A DNA stretch of 64,000 nt from a virus. Lineage: Duplodnaviria; Caudoviricetes. The notes beneath the pieces are model-generated. The model ran no database searches. It was not told the origin of the DNA and saw nothing but the letters and a program-made list of their open reading frames with translations. The first letter of the stretch is position 1; every line of letters starts with the position of its first letter. The position numbers and the translations under genes are program-made. Shown piece after piece: positions 25,901 through 35,586 of this stretch. Location of the stretch: IMG/VR virus record IMGVR_UViG_3300030090_002325, positions 2,067 to 66,066 of that record. One strand, given 5' to 3'.

Positions 25901-28900
25901 ATAAAATCTATATAATTCTTTTAGTGTAGCGTCAAATAAAAGCGCATCTTCTGGGCTCATTGTAATTGAGTTTTCAGTTACCTTTAATGTTGGCATATAT
26001 GGCATAGGGTTCAGGTTAAATCCAGCGGAAATATCTTTTATATCTATAGGTGTCTCATTTACAAAAAACCAATCAAAGATAGGAGGGTACTTACCTTTTA
26101 ACCATTTATATTCTGCTTTTGTTATAGGTTTTGTTACAGGCTCCGTAAATGTTTCACCGGTAAGCTCTGGTATATACCCCATCCAAATATCACTATGTAT
26201 ACTATTTCTTATCTTTTCTATATTGTTTCTTTGTTTGTCTATGTATATTAATTTTTCTTCCAAATCTTTTATTTTTTTATTAATTTCTTGTGTTTTTCTT
26301 TGGTAATTTTTTCTAATTGGTTCGGTTGTTTCATATTTCATATTTTCGTTATAATCTGATCTAACCGCACTTTGATAACCCTTTTCAACCAGGTCACGTT
26401 GGGCTTCAAGGTCTTTTATTTCTTTCTTATAAAAATATTTATCAGATTCAAGACTATATAGTTCCCACGCTTCCTCTTTTAACCTTTCTCTTGAACGTTC
26501 AACCGAGACCCCCCTTACTTTCCTCCCCTCTTTTTTACCAGGTTTTTTTCCACGTCCACCAAACATGTCATCAGTACCAGGAATACGCTTTTTGTCTCCC
26601 TTCACATCTACACCTTCCAATGCTTCCCTTTGAGCATATCTAGCTGTAGCTAGTGCTTCATTAACGCGTCCCTGTGCTCTCTTTTCCATAGCTACAGTGA
26701 CCCCAGGACCATATTCTCCTGTGTCTAACATCTCTTTTTCTTCCGCGTCTAGTTTTTTCTTTTCTTCTCTAGTAACTGCCTCTACATTAAATCTTTCTAC
26801 TCCTTGTTCAATATTAGAAGAAAGAAGTAAAAAATCTTCTAACAACGTGTTACTAATTTTAATGCCTAAAAGTTTTTTAAGCGCATAAATAAAATTATCC
26901 CACAAAGATTTTCCTGTTTTAAGAACAGATGGAAGTGAGTGTAATTGAGATATAACTTCAGGATTAGAGCTAGATTCAGCAAAAAATTCTTCAACATTTG
27001 TAGCTGCATAAGTGTGCGGGTAAACTTCTTTATAAGCGTCAAATACTTTAATTATATCTTTACCAAGTTTAGAGTTATCTTTAACTTGTGGTGTTTCGCT
27101 TTTACTATCCTGTATATGCTGATCTAAACCTTCCGATGTAAGAGCATGTCTTATTTCATGTAATATTGTAGGTGCTAACGGAAATACTGAATCTATTTTG
27201 TCTGAACTTATTCTACTTTTAGAGCCAATAGGGTTTAAATAGAAATCACCCATTATCAATCCTGAGGATATTCTACCAGTGTCTGTATAAATTTGTTCCA
27301 ATCCCACGTAATCATCACTTTCGTTCCATACAGGAGCTTTTTTTCCTTCTGCAATATCAGTAAATAGGTCTACATATCCTTGAGCGCGGGATCCATCCCA
27401 GTCGCTCTCTGACTCACTGATCATAATAAACTTGTTTACATGATCGTAATACGCCATTACACCTTCATCCCTAATATTTATAGGACCAAAGGCAAAAGGC
27501 ATTTCTAGAACAGACTTAACTTTTGGGTCTTTAGAGTTTCTATATTTACGAGCTAACTCCGTCATACCTAGATCTGATAAATCAGGATTATTTATAATTA
27601 GTTTTAAAGCTTCACCTACTGTACGAGGATTTTCAGACTTAAATTTTTTAAATAGTTTAAGATCGTTTTTAGCTGAACTAACTAAGCTATATTCGGGGGT
27701 CCCCCATGCGGCTTTTAATTTTGTTTTACCCTCTACAAGGTCTTTTACTCTTTGAGCAAAAGCTTTAACTTCTTTCTCCGCTTGCTCTCCTTCTAATGGA
27801 GCTGTGAATTTTCTTGTTCTTCTTGTAATTGGAGACAAATCAGATGGACGCCCATCCACTCCAGTTCTGTCAGGGTCGATAGCTCTTTCGGCAGTGGTTG
27901 TGGCTGTGGGCTTGCCAAATACAGAAGTGCCTTCTCCAGTTGTTCCAACGTCAGATTGTGGAACTCTGGCGTCAAGTGCACCACGTTGTTGTTCTCTAGC
28001 ATTTTCTTTTTCTCCTTCCTGTTGTTCTATTGTTTCTCTAGATGCGTCAGGTTCGGTTTCAATTCTGTAGTCTATTATAGCATCGGTAGGTCTTTCAACA
28101 CGATTTAATATTTTATTAGAAGCTTCTTTTACTCTTTCAATTCTTTTTATTTGAGGATCAGTAAGCTCACTTACATTAATTGGTTGATCGGCAAGGGCTT
28201 CATAATATAAATAAACTTCGGGATTACTTAGTGGTCCTACAGGTGCTTTTTTGTACTCAGGCCATCCTCTTTTAAACCCATTTTCAAGTAAAGTCTTTTT
28301 TTCTATTGGTTCATCAATAACACCACGTTCAAGTTCAGCGGTTCCTGCTTTTGTTTCTTCAGCTTGTCTTTGAGCTGCCATTCTGGCGGCAACATTTTCA
28401 TCACTTATACGCGTTGCCTCTTCCATAAAAATATCTGCATATTCAGCACCTAAATTTGCTCTAATAGCTCTTTCCACATCATAAATCGTATTATTCACAA
28501 CAGGAGTTGCTTCCATCATTTCTCGTGCTTTTGCTAAAACTTTTTGTGTAGTAGGATCTTCAACAGCATCTTCTCGCGCTATAATATTTTGATCCGCTTG
28601 AAGATCTCTGTCGTCTAATTCTTTTTGTAGTTCACTAATGTAATCTGGTATGAGAACTTTATCAGGAAAGTTTTCTGGGTCAGCCATAACTTCATTTAAA
28701 CGAGTAATTTCGTTTTGAATATCTCCATAAGTCATACCTCCAAACTCAGGATTTACAGCTTCAATAGTTTCTACAACTTCATCAACTTCAGGACGAGGTG
28801 TGTCTTCAGGTGGTGATGGGCGAGCTTCAGGTTCATAGTCTTCATAAAGATCGGGATCCGCAGCACGTCTTGCTTGTTCTGCTTCATTTACAACTATAAG

Positions 28901-30220
28901 CTCTTCAATACCAGCTCTTATTTCTGGGTTACCTGTAGTTTCAAGCGAACTATTAAGCTCATCTATTTCAGTTTGTAGCTCTGGATTACTTAAAATCTGA
29001 GCATTTATTTCAGCTTGACTTTCAGGAGTGCGTTGACCCTCATCAGTAATAGTTTCGTCCGTAACCTTAGTAGCATCAGTCTTAGTAGTTTCATCTTTTG
29101 TCTCCTTTGGTGCTCGACCTGTACGTATAGCACCTATTGTTGCAGGGGCTAATGGCATAACAAATCCAGCACCTGCTGCGTTTATGTACTCTTTAATCGC
29201 CTCTGCATCATCCAATGGTAAGTCAGCAGCATACAACTCTAGAGCAGTTTGAAGTGCTTCAACAGGGGCTTCTTGTATCCCCGCTACACCCCATCTTTTT
29301 GCTATATTTAATAGATAGCTACGCGTAGGCTTAGCTAAACTTTCTAAAGCTCTTCCAAGTATTTTATATCCAATCATATTAGCTATGGCGTGTGCGCCAC
29401 TTACAGTAGCTAATTTAGAGCCACTTTTTTCTTGTAGTAGTCTTAATTGCTCTTCGGGATCATCCGTTTGTTGTCCGATTTCCTCCATGACTCTTCCCAT
29501 AGTTTCTCCAGCACCCCAGGAAGAATAAACAACACCGGCTGTTACAGGCTTAACAATTTTACGTAGCTCTTCATTTATTATTCGCTTACCTTCTTTTGTT
29601 CCCTGAAGTTTCGCTAGTTCTGTAGATACTTCTTTAGCAACGTATTGTTTAGCTGATTCTATTCCTTTTTCTTTAGCTCTTCTTCTAGCCTCGCCTTTTA
29701 TACCTTTCTTAAGAAGGCCTTTTCCTACAAGAGCTGATACTCCACTAACAGTTCCAGCAGGACCTGCTAACACAGATGCACCGGCTGTAAGTCCTATCAT
29801 CTCCATAAACATACCTGTTACTTGGCCAGTTAAAAGAGGTACATAATCAGTAGCGAAAGCCACGGGATCTTCTATAGCTCCTAAAAAGGTATCTGTTTGT
29901 TTAGTTCCTAACCTCTCTACAGCTTCTTCAGACTTCTCCATCTTTGCCATACCAGCTCGCATGGCTTCTTCATCATCTGTTAAATCTCCTTTAAGAACTT
30001 GTAGAGCACCAAAATCTCCAGGTATACCATAGAGACGTTGTTTTAAACCTCGCATGAAATCACTGCCGGTGGGTTGAGGAGGAGTAAGTCTACCAAGAGC
30101 TATATTTTGATTAGCTTCTATCTTAGCTGCGGTTTGAAATATGGATTCTTGAGGAGTGCCTTCCGGCGCTTCCACAGGTATTATGGCCCCTCTTTTGGTT
30201 CTGACGTTGTATACAGGCAT
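22946..30220 (-). CDS. Very large internal virion / DNA-ejection protein with zincin-like domain, 2424 aa
   Basis: Last gene of the structural arm; TILHEIRH and NVEEFFAE motifs; helical, partly hydrophobic C-terminal region. Confidence 0.75.
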   Translation of the reverse strand: MPVYNVRTKRGAIIPVEAPEGTPQESIFQTAAKIEANQNIALGRLTPPQPTGSDFMRGLKQRLYGIPGDFGALQVLKGDLTDDEEAMRAGMAKMEKSEEAVERLGTKQTDTFLGAIEDPVAFATDYVPLLTGQVTGMFMEMIGLTAGASVLAGPAGTVSGVSALVGKGLLKKGIKGEARRRAKEKGIESAKQYVAKEVSTELAKLQGTKEGKRIINEELRKIVKPVTAGVVYSSWGAGETMGRVMEEIGQQTDDPEEQLRLLQEKSGSKLATVSGAHAIANMIGYKILGRALESLAKPTRSYLLNIAKRWGVAGIQEAPVEALQTALELYAADLPLDDAEAIKEYINAAGAGFVMPLAPATIGAIRTGRAPKETKDETTKTDATKVTDETITDEGQRTPESQAEINAQILSNPELQTEIDELNSSLETTGNPEIRAGIEELIVVNEAEQARRAADPDLYEDYEPEARPSPPEDTPRPEVDEVVETIEAVNPEFGGMTYGDIQNEITRLNEVMADPENFPDKVLIPDYISELQKELDDRDLQADQNIIAREDAVEDPTTQKVLAKAREMMEATPVVNNTIYDVERAIRANLGAEYADIFMEEATRISDENVAARMAAQRQAEETKAGTAELERGVIDEPIEKKTLLENGFKRGWPEYKKAPVGPLSNPEVYLYYEALADQPINVSELTDPQIKRIERVKEASNKILNRVERPTDAIIDYRIETEPDASRETIEQQEGEKENAREQQRGALDARVPQSDVGTTGEGTSVFGKPTATTTAERAIDPDRTGVDGRPSDLSPITRRTRKFTAPLEGEQAEKEVKAFAQRVKDLVEGKTKLKAAWGTPEYSLVSSAKNDLKLFKKFKSENPRTVGEALKLIINNPDLSDLGMTELARKYRNSKDPKVKSVLEMPFAFGPINIRDEGVMAYYDHVNKFIMISESESDWDGSRAQGYVDLFTDIAEGKKAPVWNESDDYVGLEQIYTDTGRISSGLIMGDFYLNPIGSKSRISSDKIDSVFPLAPTILHEIRHALTSEGLDQHIQDSKSETPQVKDNSKLGKDIIKVFDAYKEVYPHTYAATNVEEFFAESSSNPEVISQLHSLPSVLKTGKSLWDNFIYALKKLLGIKISNTLLEDFLLLSSNIEQGVERFNVEAVTREEKKKLDAEEKEMLDTGEYGPGVTVAMEKRAQGRVNEALATARYAQREALEGVDVKGDKKRIPGTDDMFGGRGKKPGKKEGRKVRGVSVERSRERLKEEAWELYSLESDKYFYKKEIKDLEAQRDLVEKGYQSAVRSDYNENMKYETTEPIRKNYQRKTQEINKKIKDLEEKLIYIDKQRNNIEKIRNSIHSDIWMGYIPELTGETFTEPVTKPITKAEYKWLKGKYPPIFDWFFVNETPIDIKDISAGFNLNPMPYMPTLKVTENSITMSPEDALLFDATLKELYRFYNTRAERRETPKRFKRTEKTESPILSEFLSGDRQQGLKFARRSVGPPTEVKVIDQAGKLPETDDIPNASKTSTKRVNPQNIKELIDFSGQVVQSQPVFSKGLMQGIRDTISKLTSWAQKYYIQFLSLPQIQELFPELPGVKSLQDNLEKRANDLWKKSENLNEQMKAIKEIEAKYSPEIIKKWNMITFELSKQNVNPALAKNRDHGLVQEFKTLPRELQGLALGMHRNYMLRAKETLDALEKLTGKDVDYLRRQFKRKKLEFYQPFMRQGDYWFDYEIQTDEGTETVVIAAQTPAERERLKEEAASKKDFVRFTNEAYSRTEAIKVPAPNRELYNFTQDALDRANIPADVKEDLQDKLHEHFLSLFRVDSVQAAGRHRHGFPGYIPDLVYAYGNASYRGLKNINDLTYLPDIKSALNEIKTNVDKGGKAKRYAKGVYEAINNRASFYLNPTAESWASTAGFLSYAWYIGGNLSSAFVNLTQMPIVVAPVLGADYGYGKAVSALDNARKLYFNGSIEGKASLRKKESWKTDDLPDYTMAEGFNAEQKERYGDLFKRADQTMTLTRGLIHENIDFNTDTKLGRTTNLVNQSLGWTFKNSERANRELTLVAAYDLAIEAGKSKDVAIEEAIKLTVKAHSHALPEVGPLIFQSGIGKVAFTFKRFAQAQIYLVSQLLLRSFNIQYHISGGKYRKLNAKEKNIARSQLLGISGMAYMFAGVQGLPFYGAADMLASLLADDEEDPFLLDDWVKQSVGQVGYKGPLSAAFNVDIASRTGFRGLMWRADRRRREEVGEAVYIAEHFLGPSWSILTGIDRGARDINDGNTMRGLEQMTPTWIRNQIKTFRFATEGATTRKGLKIVDDPNAYNLFMQILGFSDSDLSAAYERVSIMKFKEQKIEGWRTKLLLNYYLATKAGDNNGMNRIQKKIDKFNKKNPEIAITGQTLNNSRKTFDRKALEAVHGVTLNPRLRDRLIEESDYDEDEYDFLFGD
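27793..28002 (-). CDS. Putative overprinted small protein nested in the 2424-aa gene
   Basis: Alternate frame on the same strand; AGGAG 9 nt upstream of the ATG; Leu-rich helical sequence. Confidence 0.5.
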   Translation of the reverse strand: MLENNNVVHLTPEFHNLTLEQLEKALLYLASPQPQPLPKELSTLTELEWMGVHLICLQLQEEQENSQLH

Positions 30221-30234
30221 TTAATAACCGCCTA

Positions 30235-32400
30235 TTATTGGTTAGGTAATAAACTAAATTCGTCTGTAGGTAATGTAACTTCTTTCCCTTCTATATTTTG
30301 AAGAACTCTTAACCACGCATCATTTTTATCTTCCTGATATTCGGGAGTTCCTTTTGGATGATCTTTATAAGCTGCATCCCACATCACTTCCCATTGAGGG
30401 TAAATAGTTTTTCCAGAGCTAATTATAGAAGCTTTTACTCTAGCGTCATAATTTTTATTAGCTACCCATTGTTTTGTTAGATTATTAGCATTAGCTATAT
30501 TAGCCTTACTTTCTAGATCGGCTTGAGCGGTTAATAGGCTAGTCAAATTAGCTGCATTAGATTTTTCTATCTCTATAGCCATAGTAAGCGCCGCTATCTT
30601 CTTGTCACGATCTCTGGTGGCTTTCTTCTCTGCTAGTTCTAATTTTTTATCTTCAAGGTCAGCTATCTTTTGCTCTGATTTTTCATACGCGCTTATACCA
30701 TCTTCAATACCTTTACCTATATTAGTTAGAGCAAATTGAGAATCACCCTGCATCATTGAAAGTCCAGCCATAGTCACAGCATTCCAAGCAGATCTAGCTT
30801 CTTCTCTTTCAATACGATCAGCTACTTTAGCGGCACGTTCATCTTCTTTGCTATCATATATACCCATGTCATGCATCATTTTTTCTATTTCTGCGGTTCT
30901 ATCTTTTAAAGTTTTATCATCTCCAAAAGAAGATTTTCCACCAGAAGCTATTTGACCTTCTATAAGTTTTTGATATTGACCTTTATTAATGTTCATTTTT
31001 TCTGCAACATCTTCCCAATGTTTAGCATCGGGATCTGGGTCTATACCTGAAGGTAATTTATCTTTTTTATCGTCTACACCAAAACCCTGTTTTTTAGCTG
31101 CTTCATCTAAAGCAGTTTGACCCCATCCTAAATCAGCTTTTGGCATTTTGTCATATAACTCCTCACCCCAACCAATAACATTATCTATTGTTTCTGGATT
31201 TATTCCTGCTCCTTCCCAAGCATATACCGAAGGATCTATTTCTCCTTCAGCAGGAGTAAGATAAGGTTTATACCTTGGATCATTTTCAAGTTTTTCAATA
31301 GATTCTTCTTTGCTCATGCCATACCCTAAAGTATCGCTGTCAAACAAACCACCTTCTCCTTCGCCTAAATATTCATCACCCTCTATATTTGTAAGGTGTT
31401 GTCTAGTTATTTGATCTCCAATAGGCAATGGGTTTAGGTCTTGCTCTACAGTAACACTATCATCTGTATACAATTCACCTCTTGTACCAATATCCTCTTG
31501 GTGTTGTTCTCCAACTACTTCCATTACCGGCAACGACCAGTAATCATCACCAAGTTGCTGACCACTTCCGAAATATGTGTCCTTGTTTAGTTCTTCATAA
31601 GGAAGGTTATAAGGGTCTGCCACAGGTCCACCAGGCGCAAACCCAACAACGCCACCTTGAGCATATTCAGGGTAATCAAAACCATGTTTACTCATATACT
31701 GATCTTCCATCTGGTCGAACAACCCTAGATTACCTATTAACTTCATTAAACGACTTTGTCCCGGACGATCATATTTATGTGAACCAAAGGCATCTTTAAA
31801 AAACCCTCTGTAAGGAGACCCTTCTTTATTTTTTATCATGAACGCTAAACCTCCAAGTCCTTGTGGTCTAGAGCGTGTAGAATAATTTTCTGCTGTTTGA
31901 CTTTCTGGTCTTACAGCTTCTATGATCCCTCTTCTTTGCGCTTCTTCAATACCTTTGCCAAACATTCCGCCGTTATCAAACCCAACAACTCCACCCTCTG
32001 CATACTGCCCTACATTAGGCGCAGGTAAAGCTCCTACTCCTCTAGAAGCAAGCATATTAGTATCAGTCATTTCAGCCCCCTGAGGCGTAACAACTTCATT
32101 CATGCGGTTGACATCAACTACTTCACCAGCAGGGGGTATAGCTTGACCAGGGCCTGGAGGTACAGGAGAACCCTCTATTGGCATTGGCGGTGCTGGAGCT
32201 ATAGCTTCCTCTATAATTTGTTCAGCAACAGTTTGCGTAGGTTCTTGTTTCCCAGCAAATTCTGCTCTCATTTTTTCTCTACGTTGTAGCTCACCTAATA
32301 ATAAATAAACAGGAGCTACACCCGAAGGGTTTTGTACTTCGCTAATTAGTTCTTGATCAGGTAGCCCTTTAAGGTCATCTTGTATCTGAATAATATTCAT
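30235..32400 (-). CDS. Internal virion / ejection protein
   Basis: Position; duplicated YAxGGVVGFxxGG motifs; coiled-coil C-terminus. Confidence 0.7.
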   Translation of the reverse strand: MNIIQIQDDLKGLPDQELISEVQNPSGVAPVYLLLGELQRREKMRAEFAGKQEPTQTVAEQIIEEAIAPAPPMPIEGSPVPPGPGQAIPPAGEVVDVNRMNEVVTPQGAEMTDTNMLASRGVGALPAPNVGQYAEGGVVGFDNGGMFGKGIEEAQRRGIIEAVRPESQTAENYSTRSRPQGLGGLAFMIKNKEGSPYRGFFKDAFGSHKYDRPGQSRLMKLIGNLGLFDQMEDQYMSKHGFDYPEYAQGGVVGFAPGGPVADPYNLPYEELNKDTYFGSGQQLGDDYWSLPVMEVVGEQHQEDIGTRGELYTDDSVTVEQDLNPLPIGDQITRQHLTNIEGDEYLGEGEGGLFDSDTLGYGMSKEESIEKLENDPRYKPYLTPAEGEIDPSVYAWEGAGINPETIDNVIGWGEELYDKMPKADLGWGQTALDEAAKKQGFGVDDKKDKLPSGIDPDPDAKHWEDVAEKMNINKGQYQKLIEGQIASGGKSSFGDDKTLKDRTAEIEKMMHDMGIYDSKEDERAAKVADRIEREEARSAWNAVTMAGLSMMQGDSQFALTNIGKGIEDGISAYEKSEQKIADLEDKKLELAEKKATRDRDKKIAALTMAIEIEKSNAANLTSLLTAQADLESKANIANANNLTKQWVANKNYDARVKASIISSGKTIYPQWEVMWDAAYKDHPKGTPEYQEDKNDAWLRVLQNIEGKEVTLPTDEFSLLPNQ

Positions 32401-33503
32401 CAGACTCTACCTCCACCACCACCACCGAAGCCGCCTAAAGTATTGTATAAACCAAGTCCTGCTAAACCTGCTCCACCTAATTGAGAAACCAAGCTAGGAC
32501 GTGGAGTATAAGCTACTTGTGTGGAACCTAATGCACCCACGTTACCTCGTAAGATATTGCTTTGAAATTCTAATAATTTTCTCTTATAGTCTTCTTCTTC
32601 TCTAAATTCCTGTAAAGCTACATCATCAAGCTGTTGTTGTAATGCTCGTTTTTCAGCCCCTGTTGCTGCCTGAGCTTGTAGTCGTTCTAAGTTAGCTCTT
32701 TGATCAGCAGTACTTAACGCTCCTCTTCTTGAAGCGCCTTCTATGCCATACTGAAGACCAGCTAACCCTACGTCTTTCTGCATTTGAGCCTGAGCTAATT
32801 CTGCCTGCTGTCTAGCTTGTCTATCAGCCGTAAATTGTCTCTGAGCTTGCTCAAACGCATCTCGTTGTCCTCTGGCTTCTATACCAGCTAACTGAGCTGC
32901 AGTATTTCTATCACGTTCTGATAATAAAAGAGCTTCACGGCCACCACCAAAAGAACCTCTGTCTATAGCACCCATAGCAGCTTCTGCGTTAGCTATATCA
33001 GCTTGTCTTCTAGCTTCTGCTTTTTCAAAGTCTATTACCTGACGTTGAAAAGGGCTCATGTATTTCTGAGCTTGAGTGGTATCAAAATCCTGTTGTGTAG
33101 GTGTATAAGCTAATGCAGCGGGTATACCTGTTGTAGCGGCATCTAATCCAGTTGTTGTTCCTCTTTCTATACCAGTAGCAGCTGTAGTAAACCCAGGCTG
33201 TTGCGTAAGTCCAGCTACATCCGTTTGGACTTGTTGCTGTAGTGGGTCAAAAGGCGCAACACGTTGACCAGGAAACTTAGTGTATTCCTGAACACCTGTT
33301 ACCTTACCTGAAGGGTCTGTAGTATAAGTCTCTTTACCTGATTGCTTTAATATTTCTTCGTAAAAAGGACGAGCATATTCTGGTAAATTAGTAGATACAT
33401 TAGTTGATGTAGTATGAGTAGGTTGACTACCTCCACCACTACCTCCGCCATAAAGTGTACAAAACTTAACAGCGCTAAATAATATATCAGTTAATTTAAT
33501 CAT
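32400..33503 (-). CDS. Internal virion / DNA transfer (pilot-like) protein
   Basis: Gln/Ala-rich; YMSPFQ..V, GSFGGGR; Gly-rich hydrophobic C-terminus. Confidence 0.7.
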   Translation of the reverse strand: MIKLTDILFSAVKFCTLYGGGSGGGSQPTHTTSTNVSTNLPEYARPFYEEILKQSGKETYTTDPSGKVTGVQEYTKFPGQRVAPFDPLQQQVQTDVAGLTQQPGFTTAATGIERGTTTGLDAATTGIPAALAYTPTQQDFDTTQAQKYMSPFQRQVIDFEKAEARRQADIANAEAAMGAIDRGSFGGGREALLLSERDRNTAAQLAGIEARGQRDAFEQAQRQFTADRQARQQAELAQAQMQKDVGLAGLQYGIEGASRRGALSTADQRANLERLQAQAATGAEKRALQQQLDDVALQEFREEEDYKRKLLEFQSNILRGNVGALGSTQVAYTPRPSLVSQLGGAGLAGLGLYNTLGGFGGGGGGRV

Positions 33504-33913
33504 ATTTTCTTCTCCACAACATACCTTTCATTTATAAATCCTGCTCTTTGTTTATATAATTTAGCTTGTGACTTTTTAGCCCAAGCAATAACTTTTGTCG
33601 CCCCTTGCAATCTAGCCCAATCTTCTACCTGACTAAATGTTTCTTCATTTACAACACCTTTACCACCTAATGCAGTTATAAACATCACCCTTTCATTAGG
33701 GTGATTAGAAAACTCTACTGCCATAGCTCCTGTTAATTCGTTATCTTCACAAGTAGCTACTAATAAAACTTGTGCCCCTCTTGCTAATAAAGCTTTTAAC
33801 TGCTCAATAGTACATTCACCAGAGCCTGTTTGTAGAGACTTATCTAACCATCCCTCCACTTCACTCCATAATCTATGAATTTGGTCAGGTCCTACTACCT
33901 GTACCTTGTTCAT
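33500..33913 (-). CDS. GNAT-fold acetyltransferase-like protein
   Basis: FITALGGKG...WARLQGA..V...GF pattern; typical position among ejection genes. Confidence 0.6.
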   Translation of the reverse strand: MNKVQVVGPDQIHRLWSEVEGWLDKSLQTGSGECTIEQLKALLARGAQVLLVATCEDNELTGAMAVEFSNHPNERVMFITALGGKGVVNEETFSQVEDWARLQGATKVIAWAKKSQAKLYKQRAGFINERYVVEKKI

Positions 33914-35574
33914 AGCGCCATGTCGGTGGGTTTAACACCTTCAGGTTGTGCTGTTCCTCCAGTACGTCTTTTCCTAATTTTTGCCATCATATCAAAAAGT
34001 TTTGCAGAACCTGCATCAGATGATCCGTTTCCTATACCGCTAACTACGTCAGCTGGTACAACAAATTCACCATCTGATAGACGAGCTTCCTGTTGACCAT
34101 CAATATTGGCTGGTATGCTGTCGCTTAAACCATCACCAGCACCTTCTATAAATCTACCGGGAGAAAAAGTCTCCGTAAGTTCTGTAAAACTTTGTGTATC
34201 ATCCGCTGGAGGTAAAGGTTGATTTACTTCAGGGGTAAAATTATTAGTATTTTGAAATATTGGATCATTAGCTATTTCATTTTGTAGTAAAGGATCATTA
34301 GCAAAATCACTAAACTGATCAAAATCATCAAACTGCCCCGCTTGTGTTACTTCTGCAAACTCACCGAAAGTATCATCTCCGGCGAAGTCTCCAGCAGCAA
34401 AGTTACCAGCTACAAAATCCCCTGCGCCTTCACCAAAACCTACATCACCACCATTAGCTAATCTATTTATACGAGGATCTTCTTGAGTTTTTGTTTTTTT
34501 ATTAGGCCATTTACCTCTTCTTTTTCTTAGTTCAATTAATTCTTGAATAGCAGCTTCTCTTTCCCTCCAATCTTCCAATCTTTTTCGCCTGACTGCTGGG
34601 CCTGGGTCTATTTGATGAAAAATCCTAGGATCACCAGAATAATTTCCTCTTACATCACCACCATTAGCTAATAACCTAAGCCCAGTATCTATACCTTCTA
34701 AATCAAGTCTTCTTGTAGGATCATATGGTGGTTCAAACTCACCTTCACTAGCGCCATAAGTTGTAGGTTCATATCCAGCAAGTAATGGCATTCCGCCAAT
34801 CCCCGCCATTTTGCCGTAGCCTAATAGCTTATTACCACCGCCCATTTCTGTAGCCACAGCTCCTGGGTCACTAAATAAAGTTTTTGTTCTATCCCCAAGA
34901 GTAGATGTAGCAACATCTCCAAATTTAGTTGGGTTAAGGGTTCTATATGCATCGAATTGTGAACCTTGAATTACACCTGTTCCTGCTGGAACTTTCACAG
35001 GCGCAGAAAGAGCTGCTATATCTCCAGTTTTACCAAAACCCCCGGCAAAAGTTTGAGGTGTTAAAGGATTACGAGCTAGTTGAGCTGCTGCTGCATTTTC
35101 AGCAGCTAAATTAGCTGCATTCTGCCCAGCTATAGTAGACTGAGCTGCTGCTTGTTGAGCAGCTGTACTACCAGCAGCGCCAGCAGCGCCAGCCATAGAG
35201 CCACCGCCCATACCGCCTAAGCCTCCCATAAGAGCGCCACCTAATATATTTTCATTACTCATTGCGGCTATAGCACCACCTGTTAATGCTCCTGCGGCTA
35301 TACCTCCAGCAGTCGCACCTATTCCCCCCATAGCAGCCCCCGCTGCCGGGCCAAATGCAAATCCCGCAGCTATAGGTGCTGCAGTTTTTAACATACTCCT
35401 AAAATTAAAAGCCTCTGGTTGACCCGTATATGGATTAGTAGTAAGTGATGTGCCGTTAGCTTGAGCTAATGCTTGAAGCCCTTGTACTTCTTCGGGATTC
35501 ACATGCATGAGCATGGAATCTCCGTGTCTACCAAATTGCGCTAATCCTTCTGCCTGTAAGCGTGGGTCGTTCAT
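33910..35574 (-). CDS. Internal virion protein with Gly/Ala-rich membrane segment
   Basis: N-terminal GRHGDSMLMHVNP...NPYTGQPEAF; LANGGDV x2; C-terminal GAGDGLSDSIPA...LSDGEFVVPADVV. Confidence 0.7.
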   Translation of the reverse strand: MNDPRLQAEGLAQFGRHGDSMLMHVNPEEVQGLQALAQANGTSLTTNPYTGQPEAFNFRSMLKTAAPIAAGFAFGPAAGAAMGGIGATAGGIAAGALTGGAIAAMSNENILGGALMGGLGGMGGGSMAGAAGAAGSTAAQQAAAQSTIAGQNAANLAAENAAAAQLARNPLTPQTFAGGFGKTGDIAALSAPVKVPAGTGVIQGSQFDAYRTLNPTKFGDVATSTLGDRTKTLFSDPGAVATEMGGGNKLLGYGKMAGIGGMPLLAGYEPTTYGASEGEFEPPYDPTRRLDLEGIDTGLRLLANGGDVRGNYSGDPRIFHQIDPGPAVRRKRLEDWREREAAIQELIELRKRRGKWPNKKTKTQEDPRINRLANGGDVGFGEGAGDFVAGNFAAGDFAGDDTFGEFAEVTQAGQFDDFDQFSDFANDPLLQNEIANDPIFQNTNNFTPEVNQPLPPADDTQSFTELTETFSPGRFIEGAGDGLSDSIPANIDGQQEARLSDGEFVVPADVVSGIGNGSSDAGSAKLFDMMAKIRKRRTGGTAQPEGVKPTDMAL

Positions 35575-35586
35575 ATTGTGTTTCCT

